Source: the human T2T-CHM13v2.0 reference genome, Homo sapiens | DNA: 64,000 nt | NCBI RefSeq assembly: GCF_009914755.1 | Contig: NC_060937.1 | Strand: one strand, 5' to 3' | Shown: positions 12,591 to 33,761 of the stretch, one piece after another | Layout of the letters: every line of letters starts with the position of its first letter | How positions within the stretch are numbered: the first letter of the stretch is position 1 | Program-made: the position numbers and the translations under genes | Notes under the pieces: model-generated | Database searches by the model: none | Seen by the model: only the letters and a program-made list of their open reading frames with translations | What the model was told of the DNA's origin: nothing

Positions 12591-13075
12591 TACCTGAAGT
12601 TCTGGGTTACATGTGCAGGACGTGCAGTTTTGTTACATAGCTATAACACGTGCCATGGTGGTTTGCTGCGCTCCTCAACCCATCACGTACATTAGCTATT
12701 TCTCCTCCCCTAGCCCCCCACCGCCCCCGACAGGCCCTGGTGTGTGATGTTCCCCTCCCTGTGTCCACGTGTTCTCATTATTCAACTCCCACTTATGAGT
12801 GAGAACATGCGGTGTTTGCTTTTCTGATCTCGTGATAGTTTGCTGAGAATGATGGTTTCCAGCTTCATCCACGTCCCTGCAAAGGACATGAACTCATCCT
12901 TTTTTATGGCTGCATGGTATTCCATGTGGTGTATAGATGGTGCCACATTTTCTTAATCCAATCTATCACTGATGGACATTTGGGTTGGTTCCAAGTCTTT
13001 GCTATTGTGAATAGTGCCGCAATATACATATGTGTGCATGTGGGAAGACTCATTTTTCTCAAGATGTGAACTCTT
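12591..13075 (-). mobile_element. L1PA-type 3' end fragment (about 480 bp), antisense.
   Basis: The string ttttttttttattatacctgaagttctgggttacatgtgcaggacgtgcagttttgttacatagctata...cccacttatgagtgagaacatgcggtgtttg... is the reverse complement of the L1 3' UTR/ORF2 end. Confidence 0.85.
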
Positions 13076-15229
13076 CATTTTAGATAAACCAAATAAAAAC
13101 ATCATGGTTTTAAGATTTTTGGGTTACATATGCTACCTTTTACTGTTATGATGACATTAAGAAAATTTTTGTAAAAGAGCAAAGACTTGCCCTTTGATAT
13201 ATCAAAGTGTGATATTAAGTTCCATTTGCTAAAAGATGAGAAGACAGATAAATGTGTGGAACAGAATAAAAAATGCACAAACACTGAACTATATGTAAAA
13301 TTTTAGAACCTGATCCTGATGACATTTCATATGTGTATGAAAAGATGAGTTATTTGTAAATGAAATGTCTGTTAACCGGAGAAAACTAGCTAGATTTGTA
13401 CATTACAAAAATAAGTTATTGATAGAATATGCATAAAAACTTATACAAAATTAGAAAATGCCAGAATAGAACACGAATGCCTATTTATACAGATACATTT
13501 TTATGTTGACAAAGACCTTCCTATGAATGCATTCTGCAGGTTGATTTAGAAAACAAAAATTAAAACTCCCCTTACATCAGAAAAAAATTAACAAAAGACA
13601 ACATACTTGCAAAATAGTCACATTATATACATAAATATAGACATATATTATTTGCAATGAAAAATGTATTTTCCTTTTACAGAGAATTTTTTTAAAGAAA
13701 TAGGAACTATAATTTAAAATTGGTCAAAGTACTTTTTCCAGATCTACTAGTGATCTGGAAAATCAGTAGTACTTATACCAGTGCTTAAAGTTTAAGTTAC
13801 TGTTAACTTTTTAAATAAACAATTTGGTGGCGAACATCACTCTGAAAAAGGCATGTATTCTTTACTCATGAATTCCGTTATACTAAAATATTTTCAGGAA
13901 ATAATTAGAGATGCATACAATTCATTTTTCTCAGCACTGCTTCCAATAGCAATGTATTAAGGAGAGGACAAATAAAGGATTTTATAAATAAATTTCAGTG
14001 CATCCATAGGATGAAATTATGTGTAACTACTGAACGTAGCAATAGACATGGATGTATGTTGACATGGGAAGATGTACTTTGGTATATGAGGTGAGAAAAA
14101 ATCGATTTGTTTATACAAACACACAAACAGAATGGTCTTGTGGTAGCCAAAAGTATACACAAAATGTGATAAAATTTTGTTATTTTGGGACATTTGTATT
14201 ACAGGTGATTTATTTTCCTTTTTCTTATTGTGATATCCACAATGAGCATGTATAACAGGTTTAGTGAAAGTTTATTATTACTGAAATAATCCTAGGTAAG
14301 AACAGGAATATGAAACTTGAACAGATAAAAATAAGTTCTTGCTTTCTATTAATTTTTTTTTGTGGATTGGTATCTTCTGCCAAGGTTTAGCCTCTTCAGA
14401 AATAGAGGGACTCTTTTAATCTGTGCTGGTAGATTGTATTGTGTATACTCTTTATCATATACATGTCTTTTATTATGGATAGATTTATTACATACATGCA
14501 AACAATTATAATTTAATAATTTTATTTTAGTGGTGTCCTTATGAAAATAAAAAATAGCAAATATAAATCATTTCTATTGCACAAATGTTACTTATCTTTA
14601 CTAGTTTTCTGTAAAAATATTGAACTCCTCAAATATATTTACGTAGTCTTTTAATCCATTTATTCACCAAATGTGACCTGAATACCCACTGTGTATTCTA
14701 CTCTCTCTCAGAACCTTTCCAAGCTTAAAAAATTTATGTTTACCTACCCAATTTGAGCAAGTTGAGAGAATTAAAATTGGACTATTAGGACTTAATCTAA
14801 GTTGAAGCTTTTCCTCCCTCCTTTCAAACAAAAGCATTTCTGAAGGTAGAAAGTTGTAAAAGATAACCTTGAAACTATCCTTTTGAAAATTTATAACAGT
14901 GTTTCTCTTTTCTTAATTTCAACTTTTATTTGAGATACAGAGGGCACATATGCAGATATCATACATGGGAACATTGAGTGATGGTGAAGTTTGGAGGACA
15001 GATCGCATCACTCTTGCCATGAGCATAGTACCTGGTAGTAGTAATTTAACCCACTCCCTTATAGAAGTCTTAAAGACTAATATTAATCATTGATAATATC
15101 TGATTTACTTATATCATATAAATCAAAATATTGAATAAAATGAGCCATGCTTATTCATTTGAATTTTGATGTTTCTTTGGCCTAAAGTTTTCTGAAAGCC
15201 AAGTAAGAATAGTTTTTTGGTAAAAATGT

Positions 15230-16360
<1,131 letters not shown>

Positions 16361-17405
16361 GTGGGGAACGTGTCTGTACTGGGGACAGATGACTGAGACT
16401 ACACGTAGTTTGTTTACCGGAAGGAGGGAAATAGCTCCTACTCTTGATCATTTGAACCCATTTTTTGGAATGGGTGCTTTCATACATGGAAGACTTCAAT
16501 GTTGGAGACTGTCATTGAGTCCTAGAGGGATCTGTAAGTAGGAGCCCATAGGAAAGAAGAACTTGAGATAGCAATTGGGAAAAACAGAGATACAGCTTTC
16601 AGGACTCTATTTTTCCAGCAGTCTCTCTCCTTGGGTATCAGAGCATCTGTGAAGATTCTCAAGGGCTTGCTAGTTGATGTGGACCTGAACTAGGCAGGAC
16701 CTACGCAGGGAACATAATTAAAGTTTATCTTTGCTAAGGTTTTAATCTTTCTGCAAAGCATATTTCCAATAATGACATAGACACTTGTTCCTTTAACTTT
16801 CGTACATTGAGCTGTCAAGCATTTCAGACATTTCAGCGAACTGCCTACACTGTTTTAGGGTAAAGGGCAGCAATAGGGCCTACTTAAGTGGTTTCCATGC
16901 TGAAGAACCAAGACTGCCATTTTTGAGTGGCACAGATTAGCCTTTGAACCAGAGACAGGTAATGGAGAAGACACAGTGTCTCTTTCTTACCTTGTTTTAA
17001 GTGATCAATTGGTTCCAATTCAGGTAACAAAGGTTATGTCACTCATTAATTGGATATTGAATTCAGCCTTCAGGACAGACACTTCTGAAGACAAATTATT
17101 CTCAGGCTCTGCCAATATATTGCTGGTCACTATTTGTTAAGGAACTAAGGGTGAGTCTTCATTGAACATTTCATAGATTGGGAAAGGTGGAGGCAGAAAT
17201 AGGTAACTAAAATCTTTTTGAAAAAGAGGCCGATTTTAATTATATTAAGGAATATTATCTATTGTATAGGTAGCTGACCTTTCCCCAGATTTTGTTTTTG
17301 TTTTTGTTTTTTTTGGTGGGGGGTGATACCCAGACACAAAACAAATAATTTTTTTTTTTAAGAGAAGTGAACTCACTCATTTTTATTGTATGTTTTTATC
17401 TTTAG

Positions 17406-17478
17406 GCTGTCCAACGAACAGAGTTCTGGTGACTCATGGCTTTCAATAGATGATGAACTCTTTGATTCTGGTACCAAG
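17406..17478 (+). CDS. Exon 2 (73 nt). It encodes (R)LSNEQSSGDSWLSIDDELFDSGTK.
   Basis: Polypyrimidine tract plus ag acceptor (ttttatctttag|G) and gtaaag donor. The reading frame continues from the exon 1 donor phase. Confidence 0.55.
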
Positions 17479-18071
17479 GTAAAGTGCTCTTTTGTGAAAT
17501 AAATTTTCTTGCTCTGAATCTAGTTTTGCACAGTATTTACTCTTCAACTGTGGCAGCGGTCTACCTATAATTGTTTTACAGTCTTGGGGAATAGTTGGTC
17601 AGAAAAAAAACATATTATAGAAATATGACTATTTGAATTTCCTTTACTTTTTTCTTTGGAAAATGGGAAAGGGTGCTAAATACTTAGAGGAATTGGGGGC
17701 TGAAAAATGGCATGAACTGGGAAATACATAGTGACAGGAAAACTGTATGTGGAAAAGCTTTCCCACAGTAGAGGAAACTTGAAATTTGGTCAGGGTTTAT
17801 TTGGTGAGTATTCTCACAGGAACTTTTCAGTCATACTATTGTGATCTTTATAATCCATGTGCTTGAATACCTTTTAATGGGTTCAATTACTCATTATAGT
17901 AACCATAGAATGTCCCCGGGGTCTTTCAGTTCCAAAACAGTAAAGCACATATCATATGGTTTCCTTTTACTTTCTTGGATGCTTACTGTGGGATGACACA
18001 GTTTTTAGTAGGAAACTTTTTCTCTCTTTGGTCCTTGGTTCTGTAATTAGACTCCAATAACATTGTGGACA

Positions 18072-18189
18072 TGTAGCTGGGCATGCTGGCACATGCCTGT
18101 AGTCCCAGCTCTTTGGAAGGCTGAGGCAGTAGGATCACTTGAGTCCAGGAGTTCCAGACCAGCCTGGGCAACATAAGAAGACCTCACCT
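18072..18189 (+). mobile_element. Alu fragment, truncated by the L1 insertion.
   Basis: The string ctgggcatgctggcacatgcctgtagtcccagctctttggaaggctgaggcagtaggatcacttgagtccaggagttccagaccagcctgggcaacat... Confidence 0.8.
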
Positions 18190-24337
<6,148 letters not shown>

Positions 24338-25330
24338 AGCCCCACAGGGTCGGTGGGTTTCTCCCCATGTGTGGAGATGAGAGAGTGTAGAAATAAAGAC
24401 ACAAGACAAAGAGATAAAAGAAAAGACAGCTGGGCCCAGGGGACCACTAACACCAAGACGCAGAGACCGGTAGTGGCCCCGAATGCCAGGCTACACTGAT
24501 ATTTATTGGATACAAGACAAAGGGGCAGGGTAAGGAATGTGAGCCATCTCCAATGATAGGTAAGGCCACATGGGTCATGTGTCCACTGGACAGGGGCCCT
24601 TCCCTGCCTGGCAGCCAAGGCAGAGAGAGAAAGGAGAAAGAGAGAAACAGCTTACATTATTATTTCTGCTTATCAGAGATTTTTAGTACTTTCACTAATT
24701 TGCTACTGCTAACTAAATGGCAGAGCCAGGTGTACAAGATAGAACATGAAGGCAGACTAGGAGTGTGACCACTGAAGCACAGCATCACAGGGAGACGGTC
24801 AGGCCTCCAGATAACTGCGGGTGGGCCTGACTAATGTTAGGCCCTCCACAAGAGGTGGAGGAGTAGAGTCTTCTGTAAACTCCCCCGGGGAAAGGGAGAC
24901 TCCCTTTCCCGGTCTGCTAAGTAGCGGGTGTTTTTGCTTGACACTAATGCTACCGCTAGACCACGGTCCGCTTGGCAACAGGCGTCTTCCCAGACGCTGG
25001 CATCACCGCTAGACCAAGGAGCCCTCTGGTGGCCCTGTCTGGGCATAACAGAAGGCTCGCACTCTTGTCTTCTGGTCACTTCTCACTATGTCTCCTCAGC
25101 TCCTATCTCTGTATGGCCTGGCTTTTCCTAGGTTATGATTATGGAGCAAGGATTATTATAATATTGGAATAAAGAGTAATTGCTACCAACTAATGATTAA
25201 TGATATTCATATATAATCATATCTAAGATCTATATCTGGTATAACTATTCTTGTTTTATATTTTATTATACTGGAACAGCTCGTGTCCTTGGTCTTTTGC
25301 CTCAGCACCTGGGTGGCTTGCCGCCCACAG
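24338..25330 (+). mobile_element. Putative solo LTR of about 1 kb (unclassified ERV LTR-like element). It starts tgtagggtcc... and ends ...gccgcccaca.
   Basis: TG...CA termini and an internal purine-rich tract. It has sharp boundaries between the L1 5' end and unique sequence. I cannot match it to a family from memory. Confidence 0.3.
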
Positions 25331-27932
25331 GCTCCACCCCCCTAGTTTTTCTTTTAACATGGAAATTCAGAAATTTAAAATTTCTGTCTCAAAATCTGTA
25401 TTACAAAGAGATTCCCATGTGTTTCCTAAGCCATTCTATGAAGAATATATTTAAAACTCTTCATCTAATTGAGCATACACGTTTTTCCTCAAGTAACAAC
25501 CAGCTCCAGAAGCAGAGACTGTTAATAACCATGTGGTAAGACTTTAATTTCAAACACTTTTTGCCCTGTATTATAAAAAATATTCACAGAGCATCTTTGT
25601 ATCATAGTTTAAAGTATCAAATTTCAGAAGTTTTTGTATTTCATTGTTTACATAATCATTTTAAAGATCCTGCACCACTGTGAGCTACTGAATGTTACGA
25701 AACATATTCTTGTGTATCCTAATGTACCTAAGGTCTTGCATGTAAGAAGTGTTTTAATCATTTTTGAACATGAAGAAATGAGCAGACAAGTAAATTTCTA
25801 TATAATAGAATGTTATAGGTAGTATAACATGCACAAGATATCTAATAATAAGATCTATCGCATTTCCAAAATGGGGCTTAAATTAATGTTTAGGATATAA
25901 GTTCACATGAATTATGCAAATATGTTATAAATAAGAAGGAAATAAATTAGAAATATGTCATCAGTAGGAAAGCAGATTACAGTATATTTTCTAATATCCT
26001 CTAACTGTAAGCTCAGATTTGGATTTTAGATGAAAATTTCTTAAGCTTTCTTTTAGCCCCAACCTATGCTCTTTTAAATATATCTTTTCAGGTTGTATGT
26101 TACTCTTTATAATTTTGATTTCCTATGATTTCTCCTGGTGGAATATTGATGAAACATTTCTTTTCTCTTTTATCTCTCTGTAGTAATAATGTTCCAGCTT
26201 TCACATAGTGGTAGATGACCATGTTTACCTGAATGAATGTCTTATTTTGTAGAAAGAAAATTGAAGTCTTTATTACAGAAATACTTACAAAAAAATTGTA
26301 AATTCTAATCAGTATTTTTAGGGCTATCCTATGACCAAAAGTCTCCATATAGATCTGTACTTCTCCATGTACCTTACTGTAGTTAATATCATAAGAATGA
26401 CATTCATAAATATTATCTCCTAAGTATGTCTAATGAAAAAATTTGGGAAGAAATGTGAAATCCTTTTGTAAACTGTGAAGTGTGTATACAAGTGTAGGAC
26501 AAAATGATCACGGTGGGATTCAGCGATTTAGTAAATATTGAAGATTCTTTTTGTAAACCTGAACAATGAAATGGCAGTAGTGTCGAAAAAAAAAAATAGA
26601 AATTTAGAACAGGCATGTCGATTTCTACTTTGGTTTATGTTAAGTTTCAGCAGACTATGACTGGGAATATCCTAAGGGAATCTAGTGATTTGGCACTTGA
26701 GACCTTTCTGATGAGATTGTAAGTGTTTTTGACCTTGGAAGAATTTCTGTTCTTGACTCCTGACTGTGTGCTAGGCAGTGAGACACTGAATGTACAAGAT
26801 GAGGCTTATGATAGAGTAGTAAGAGCAGAAAATCAAGTAAAGAACAAACACTTCTAAGTCACTATAAATGCTTCCTATAAAGAAAACAGAGAATGTTAGG
26901 TTAGGGCACATTGAAGAAGTGCGTAGTTAGGATGGGGGCCGGAATGGGAGTAGAACTGTGTTCTCAGAGAAGATCTTTCTGAGTGTGACATTTAAGCTAC
27001 CAACTAGAGGACAAGAAGCAGCGAGCCATGTGAAAGTCTAGAAGGAGGATATTCTGGACAGAGAGAACAATGGGTCACATCTGTTTTTCATTTTGTTCTC
27101 AACATCCAAAAAGCAGGAAGTACGGTAAGCATCCTCGTCCTCATATGTATTATTAGAATGTGTAGAAAAGAGAATGTGTAAATAAGGGCCTGGGACTGTT
27201 TAGATGCTTCATAATAAATGTTCCTCTCCTTCCCTTTTTACTAACTCTTGCTATACTTTCTTGAAGTTATTTCTTAATTGGGAAAGAATGGCATACTATA
27301 TCTAATATTTGCTTGCTTTTATTTAAACAAGGCATAAAGAAAAGGCTTCTTACTATTTTGCCATTTTTCCTGTCAGTAAAAATTTTACCAAAAATATTTT
27401 GAGTTTTCCAAGCCCTTCCTCACCTAAATAAAGCAGCTTTGACAATGTTCTGCTTACACTCAACGTAACATACCCTGAAGTTACCTATCATGCCGAGTAT
27501 CTTATTTTAACACTAAGATCATTTATGTAATTAGAAATATTTTAAATATGAATGTTGTAAGTATTATACCAATTGTGTGTGTTTTTTTTAATGCCCTGTT
27601 ATTGTTGGTAGTGAACGCAAAGTTGAGTTAGGTGTTTGAAGTTAGTTCCTTGCTGACATATACAGAAGAGCTAATATTGTATCTGTGACTATGTTTCCTT
27701 TGGCTTTCTATGTTCAGTTTACAGAGTCAATAGCCATATGGAGATAAAATATTTGCTTGATCTGGAGAACATATATGAGTTTCTCTGTTGAAATATTTTG
27801 GTTTTCAATACATGCTTTCCTTACTTCTAGGTCTCATTGCTTTTAAATCAGGAAATTCAGAACATGTTTAGGAAATATTGAGAAATTCATTGTTTTTTCA
27901 CTGAAACTCATTATTCATTATAATTTCAACAG

Positions 27933-28026
27933 ACTACCTTTGAGAATGTTCCACAGAAATATGATAGTCACTTAACTGGAGCTGATGATGGTCAAAGAGG
28001 AAAAATTACAATAAAGGAACAAGAAG
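27933..28026 (+). CDS. Exon 3 (94 nt). It encodes TTFENVPQKYDSHLTGADDGQRGKITIKEQE.
   Basis: Acceptor tttcaacag| and donor |gtaagaac, with the frame continuing from exon 2. Confidence 0.55.
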
Positions 28027-29493
28027 GTAAGAACTGTATTTTATTTAAAAATTTGACAGAATGTTTAAAAACATGAGCTCTGTTATGTTCTAGTAGCCAA
28101 GGAAAATAAGGTATTAAGTGCATAGTCAAAAAAAGAGAAGTGAAATAGTGATATGTTGTATATTTTGTAAGGCATTAGCAACCAATTTAATTGAGAGTGC
28201 CACTAAAGGAGCTGAATCATTAGTTCCAATTCAAGATACTGTAAGACCTGAGGAAAGTCAGAAAATAAGGAAGAAGAAAAGAGTAAATGAAGGAATGAAG
28301 AGTGAAAAGGCGGAGAGTACAGGGAGTAAATGAGGGAAAAAGATATATGCAATGAAGGGCGATAGAGTAAGATAATTATTTGAGGAGAATATAAAGTGAG
28401 CTTCCAGTACCGAAACTTGTCAGAGAATTCAAGCAAAATGTTGCCACTCTTGCTGTTTTCCTTACTTTTGGGAATGCATTAAGGATGGAGGTACCTGACC
28501 ACACAGAGCTATGTTTCATCTGCGATAGAGGAATGTAATGTATGGTCAGCCGTGCATAAATTACATGTCTATAATTTAATGTGCTATAAAATCTTGTTAC
28601 TTCATGGGACAGTATCTTAGGGGCCAAAAGAAGAGCATTGGAAAGAAGAGGGTAGGATTAATTATGGAAAGATCAAGGAAGCTATAGCCTGATAAAAAGT
28701 TCATTAGTAACTTTACGACTTGTAATGCAGCTTAGATTTGGAGGACGTGATAGGGTGGAGCTTGAGGCTGGATTCCAAAAGGGCAGGTTGAGGTTAACTA
28801 ATGTGGGAGCACACTCAGTATAGACCAGAGCTTCCCAAATTTTAACAAATCAGCTGAGGACCTTGTTGGAAGTGCAGATTCTGATTCCACAAGTCTGCGA
28901 TTCTGTATTTCTAATAAGATCTCAGGTGATGCCGACCCTTCTTGTCCTAGGACCACACTCTCAGTAGCAAGGGTATAGCTGTGCCTTCAGAGAAATCTCG
29001 AAGAAGAGCCCTTGGATCACCACTCAAGACATAACAGGATCAAGGGAAAGCATGATTTTCCTTTTATTTCTGAGCGTGTCTCTGGCCAGAGGGGAAGGAG
29101 AAAGAGATGAAGAAACAGAAATCATCATTGGAAGATACTACTGCTAAATGAAGAGAAGAGAAGTCATGGGAATAGTCCATCAAAAGGCGGCAGAAAGGTC
29201 AGAATCAGGACAACAGATCTAGAGACTACTTTTGCAAAGGAAGAGGGATTGTGAGTGGAGGAGGAGGGAGGAAAGAAAGAAGTTGGCTAGTTAATTTTGG
29301 AGTTGATAATAGGGAAACTTGAGAGCTGTCACTTCTAGTGACTGCAATATATTGGCACTCAAACAGAAGATTAGGTGATTGCTGTTCCAGGAATTACTGG
29401 AAGGAGGGAGTGCTAGAATGGGGGTAAACCACAGGAACTAATTTCTTCTCTCTGTAACTATCAGACATCAAAGATGCATGTTTTGTTGATATT

Positions 29494-31042
29494 GTGTCCG
29501 GAATTGGTGGGTTCTTGGTCTCACTGACTTCAAGAATGAAGCCACGGACCCTCGCGGTGAGTGCTACAGCTCTTAAGGTGGCATGTCTGGAGTTTGTTCC
29601 TTCTGATGTTCGGATGTGTTCGGAGTTTCTTCCTTCTGGTGGGTTCGTGGTCTCGCTGGCTCAGGAGTGAAGCTGCAGACCTTCGCGGTGAGTGTTACAG
29701 CTCTTAAGGCAGCACATCTGGAGTTGTTCGTTCCTCTCGGTGGGCTTGTGGTCTCACTGGTTTCAGGAGTGAAGCTGCAGGTCTTCGTGGTGAGTGTTAC
29801 AGCTCATAAAAACAGTGTGGACCCAAAGAGTGAGCAGTAGCAAGATTTATTGCAGAGAGTGAAAGAACAAAGCCTCCACAGTGTGGAAGGGGACCCGAGC
29901 GGATTGCCACTGCTGGCTGGGGCAGCCTGCTTTTATTCTCTTATCTGGCCCCACCCACATCCTGCTGATTGGTAGAGCTGAGTGGCCTGTTTTGACAGGG
30001 CGCTGATTGGTGCTTTTACAATCCCTGAGCTAGATACAAAGGTTCTCCACCTCCCCATCAGATTAGTTAGATAGAGAGTTTCAACACACAGGTTCTCCAA
30101 GGCCCCACCAGAGCAGCTAGATACAGAGTGTCGATTGGTGCATTCACAAACCTTGAGCTAAACACAGGGTGCTGATTGGTGTGTTTACAAACCTTGAGCT
30201 AGATACAGAGTGCCGACTGGTGTATTTACAATCCCTGAGCTAGACGTAAAGATTCTCCAAGGCCCCACCAGAGTAGCTAGATACAGAGTGTCGATTGGTG
30301 CACTCACAAACCCTGAGCTAGACACAGAGTGCTGATTGGTGTGTTTACAATCCCTTAGCTGGATATAAAGACTCTCCATGTCCCCACCAGACTCAAGAGC
30401 CCAACTGGCTTCACCCAGTGGATCCTGCACCAGGGCTGCAGGTGGAGCTGCCTGCCAGTCCCGCGCCATGCGCTGGCACTCCTCAGCCCTTGGGCGGTGG
30501 ATGGGACTGGGCGCCGTGGAGCAGGGGGCAGCATTCGTCGGAGAGGCTCGGGCTGCACAGGAACCCATGGAGGCGGGGGAAGGCCCAGGCAGGGCGGGCT
30601 GCAGTCCAGAGGCCTGCCCCGTGGGAAGGCAGCTAAGGCCCTGCGAGAAATCGAGCGCAGCGCCAGTGGGCTGGCACTGCTGGGGGACCCAGTACACCCT
30701 CCACAGCCGCTGGCCCAGGTGCTAAGCCCCTCACTGCCTGGGGCCGGTAGGGCCCGCCCGCCGCTCTGAGTGCGGGGCCCGCCAAGCCCACGCCCACCCA
30801 GAACTCCAGCTGGCCCACAAGCGCCGCGCGCAGCCCCGGTTCCTGCTAGCGCATCTCCCTCCACACCTCCCTGCAAGCTGAGGGAGCCGGCTCTGGCCTT
30901 GGCCAGCCCAGAAGGGGGCTCCCACAGTGCAGCGGCGGGCCGAAGGGCTCCTCAAGTGCCGCCAAAGTGGGAACCCAGGCAGAGGAGGCGCCGAGAGCAA
31001 GCGAGGGCTGTGACGACTGCCAGCACGCTGTCACCTCTCAAT
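29494..31042 (+). mobile_element. LTR12-family (HERV9 LTR, LTR12C-like) solo LTR of about 1.55 kb. It is sense-oriented relative to the transcription unit.
   Basis: It starts tgtccggaattggtgggttcttggtctcactgacttcaagaatgaagcc. It contains tandem subrepeats of about 80 bp (ggtgagtg(c/t)tacagctcttaagg...) and repeated CCAAT-containing (gctgattggtg..tttacaa.cc.tgagctagat) units. A GC-rich U3/R tail (30400-31040) ends ...gctgtcacctctcaat. The ORFs at 30185-31051 on both strands are artefacts of its GC content. Confidence 0.8.
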
Positions 31043-32054
31043 ATGAGTTAATCAACTGAGGTAAAGTTAAATGTAGGAGCTTTGGCTGCTTTTTCTTTAA
31101 GGTAGCCGGTTTTTTAAATAGGATGCCTGTTTTGTAAAAGTTTATCATGGATGACATGATATGCCAACCCAAACTAAGTTTGGAAACAAAAAAAATTACA
31201 AAGTTTATTCCTCAAATACAAAAGGCATTACTTTACATAAATATTACACCCATTTTGGTATATAAAAGCTCAGTAGTAACTAATAATTGTGTAGCAATGC
31301 ATTTTTTATTAATATTTCAATGTTGAAAGCTTCTTAGACATTATTTTTAGACATGTTTTATATACCTTCTTGCATGAGTGGATCAAAAAATTTAAGATGG
31401 CTAAACTACGGGATATAAGAAATGTAGGCCTATCAGTAAGCTCAAGTAGGTATGAAAAAAATGAAGATTTTTATGAACTATTTTGTGTAAGTGTGGATCC
31501 AAAGCAATTCACACTTGTGAAAGTGTGGATCCGAACACTTTCTCTGATGAGAAATGAATTAAACATTCAAATGAACTGTCATGACAACTGTGTGCTTCCT
31601 ACATTCTAGGACCAATTGAAGGACATAGTAGGTACTTGTAGTAGAATGGTATAAATGATTCTGATGTGTCACATTAAAGACACACTATAGCATTCTACCA
31701 TCAGCTTTGACATTTATCTGCCCAGGGTCATGATTTGCTCCTCTGGTTAAAGATCATTTTTCTCCTCCTCAGCATGTACACATGGTTGCGTGCATACTTT
31801 TCTCTCAGTTACAGATATTCGAATCAGAATCTTGCCTTTGAAATGTTAACTGCATGTTTTATTCAACCTATCTTCTTAGTTTTCTTCAGGATATTTCTGT
31901 CATGTTGTTGTCCTGACAAAAAAATGCACCCCTAAATCTAAACTCATTATTTTTAAAACGAAGCACTAAGATTCAGCTTGATACTAACTCTGAGTGTATG
32001 GTTAGATTTATCATATTTATATATAATTGATTATATGTCCCTTTTGCCTTCCAG

Positions 32055-32083
32055 ATTCTCTTCAGCAATATCATCACTTGAAG
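32055..32083 (+). CDS. Exon 4 (29 nt micro-exon). It encodes DSLQQYHHLK.
   Basis: Acceptor ttttgccttccag| and donor |gtaataac. This exon is required to keep the frame open between exon 3 (phase 1) and exon 5. Confidence 0.45.
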
Positions 32084-32177
32084 GTAATAACTTTTCTATA
32101 TTTATCTTTAATTATTAACCACATAGTATATGAAATATATATTACTTATTAATCATTTTGTCTTAAAACCCTTTCAG

Positions 32178-32250
32178 CCTAAGGTTGAAATGAAAGAGTG
32201 TGTTTCGAACCAGGCAGTCGGAATGAAAGATGTACAAGCATGCACATCAG
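32178..32250 (+). CDS. Exon 5 (73 nt). It encodes PKVEMKECVSNQAVGMKDVQACTS.
   Basis: Acceptor aaaaccctttcag| and donor |gtaaaaat, in frame. Confidence 0.5.
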
Positions 32251-32703
32251 GTAAAAATTTTTGCAATACAAATTTAACTCTGGAAAGAAGCACATTAAAA
32301 ATAGTTTAAATGCTAGCAGTCTTCGTATTCCTGTCTTTTTTTTTTTCAAATTTGAGGGATAGATTTGATATATATAATGCAGATATTAGCATTGGTATCT
32401 ATGTTTGAAAAACATTATATTTAGAAGCATAAGATAGATTTTAAAAATGTAAGCTCTAACTTAGATGTATCTTGTATTACGTATTGCTACGCTGAAGTTC
32501 TCAGTTGGGAATACCTATACTCATTCGGGTTTCACAGAAGTGAATTATGAGACTACAATTTTTTCCCGTGTTTGAAATGCTTGTTGGAATTCTGATCTTT
32601 ACCTAGAGGAAAGCTTTCCTTGCTAACATGTCAATTTTGTATAAAGTTTAATTACTTCATCCTAGTGTTAGACTGATTATCTGAAGCAAATTGGATGTTT
32701 TGA

Positions 32704-32705
<2 letters not shown>

Positions 32706-32739
<34 letters not shown>
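32706..32739. repeat. (GT)n microsatellite.
   Basis: Direct read. Confidence 0.95.
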
Positions 32740-32742
<3 letters not shown>

Positions 32743-33761
32743 GGAATATCTTGGAGTACAAAAATGAGGAAAGTAATCTTTTTTTCATGGCTATTTGGCA
32801 GACACACTCATTTCAAAGAGTGATTCTGAAACTTTATAGGCTTAGGGTTTTTTGTGCAATTAATAATTATTGCATAGAAGTAACCAACACCCTGAATTAG
32901 GTGTTTGTCATTGTCATGCACTTTTCATACATTTTACCATATATGTGTATGGCCATAAATCATATGTAGAATTGGTGTTTCTGTCCTAAAATTTCAATCA
33001 TATAACTGATTGTACATTATAAATATATTATTCAGCAGCTTTCTTTTGCTTACTCAGCGTTATAGTTTTGAGATCAGTCGATATGTTTTGTTCACACCCA
33101 TTGATTTGTCCAAAGAGATGCATTGCTATTTTCAGAAGTAGTTCTAGTTGAGTTTACATTTCCTATAGTATTTCATGCTATGACAGTACCACATTTAATT
33201 CAACTCTGTTTTGTGGTGAGAAAAAGATAAAAACATTAAAAAATGATGGCATATCCCAAAGAGCTTTTGTTTAAGTGGATTGTATCTATTGATATTTACT
33301 ATATCAGAAACTGAAGCTGAATAATTTAAAATATAAGCATGCACCACCATGCATTCCAATAGCCATTATAACTCTGGCCCATTAAGCACCCATGATCTTA
33401 TGACACATCACGTGTCTCATGGTTAAACATAAGTCTTGTTATTAAAAGAAAGTTCATATTACTGAAGAATATTATTAATAAACAAAGCTCTCATGGAAAA
33501 CAAAATATATAATATTGCTGAGTGAATCAAATAAGTAACACTAAAAAATAAAAATGTCAAAGATGATCGTTAATAAAACCTATGTGAGTGAATGGCAAGT
33601 ACAGGACATGTAGAATACAATAAGCCATGCAGGAGTGGTGTGTTTCTGGGGGAGTGGAGGACATGGGACTGCTTCTGTTTTAGAAGGAATTTCTCCACGT
33701 TAGTCAAATTGTATTATGATTTACATTCTAATAATGAAAACTTTACTTTCAGCTTTTTCAG

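Noticed and set aside
12356-12695. ORFs encoding KERKKE... and FLSFFLS... repeats.
   Set aside because: They are translations of the (TTTC)n/(GAAA)n microsatellite in different frames and on both strands.
30185-31051. Cluster of 60-170 aa ORFs on both strands.
   Set aside because: They lie entirely inside the GC-rich U3/R part of the LTR12 element and are a composition artefact.
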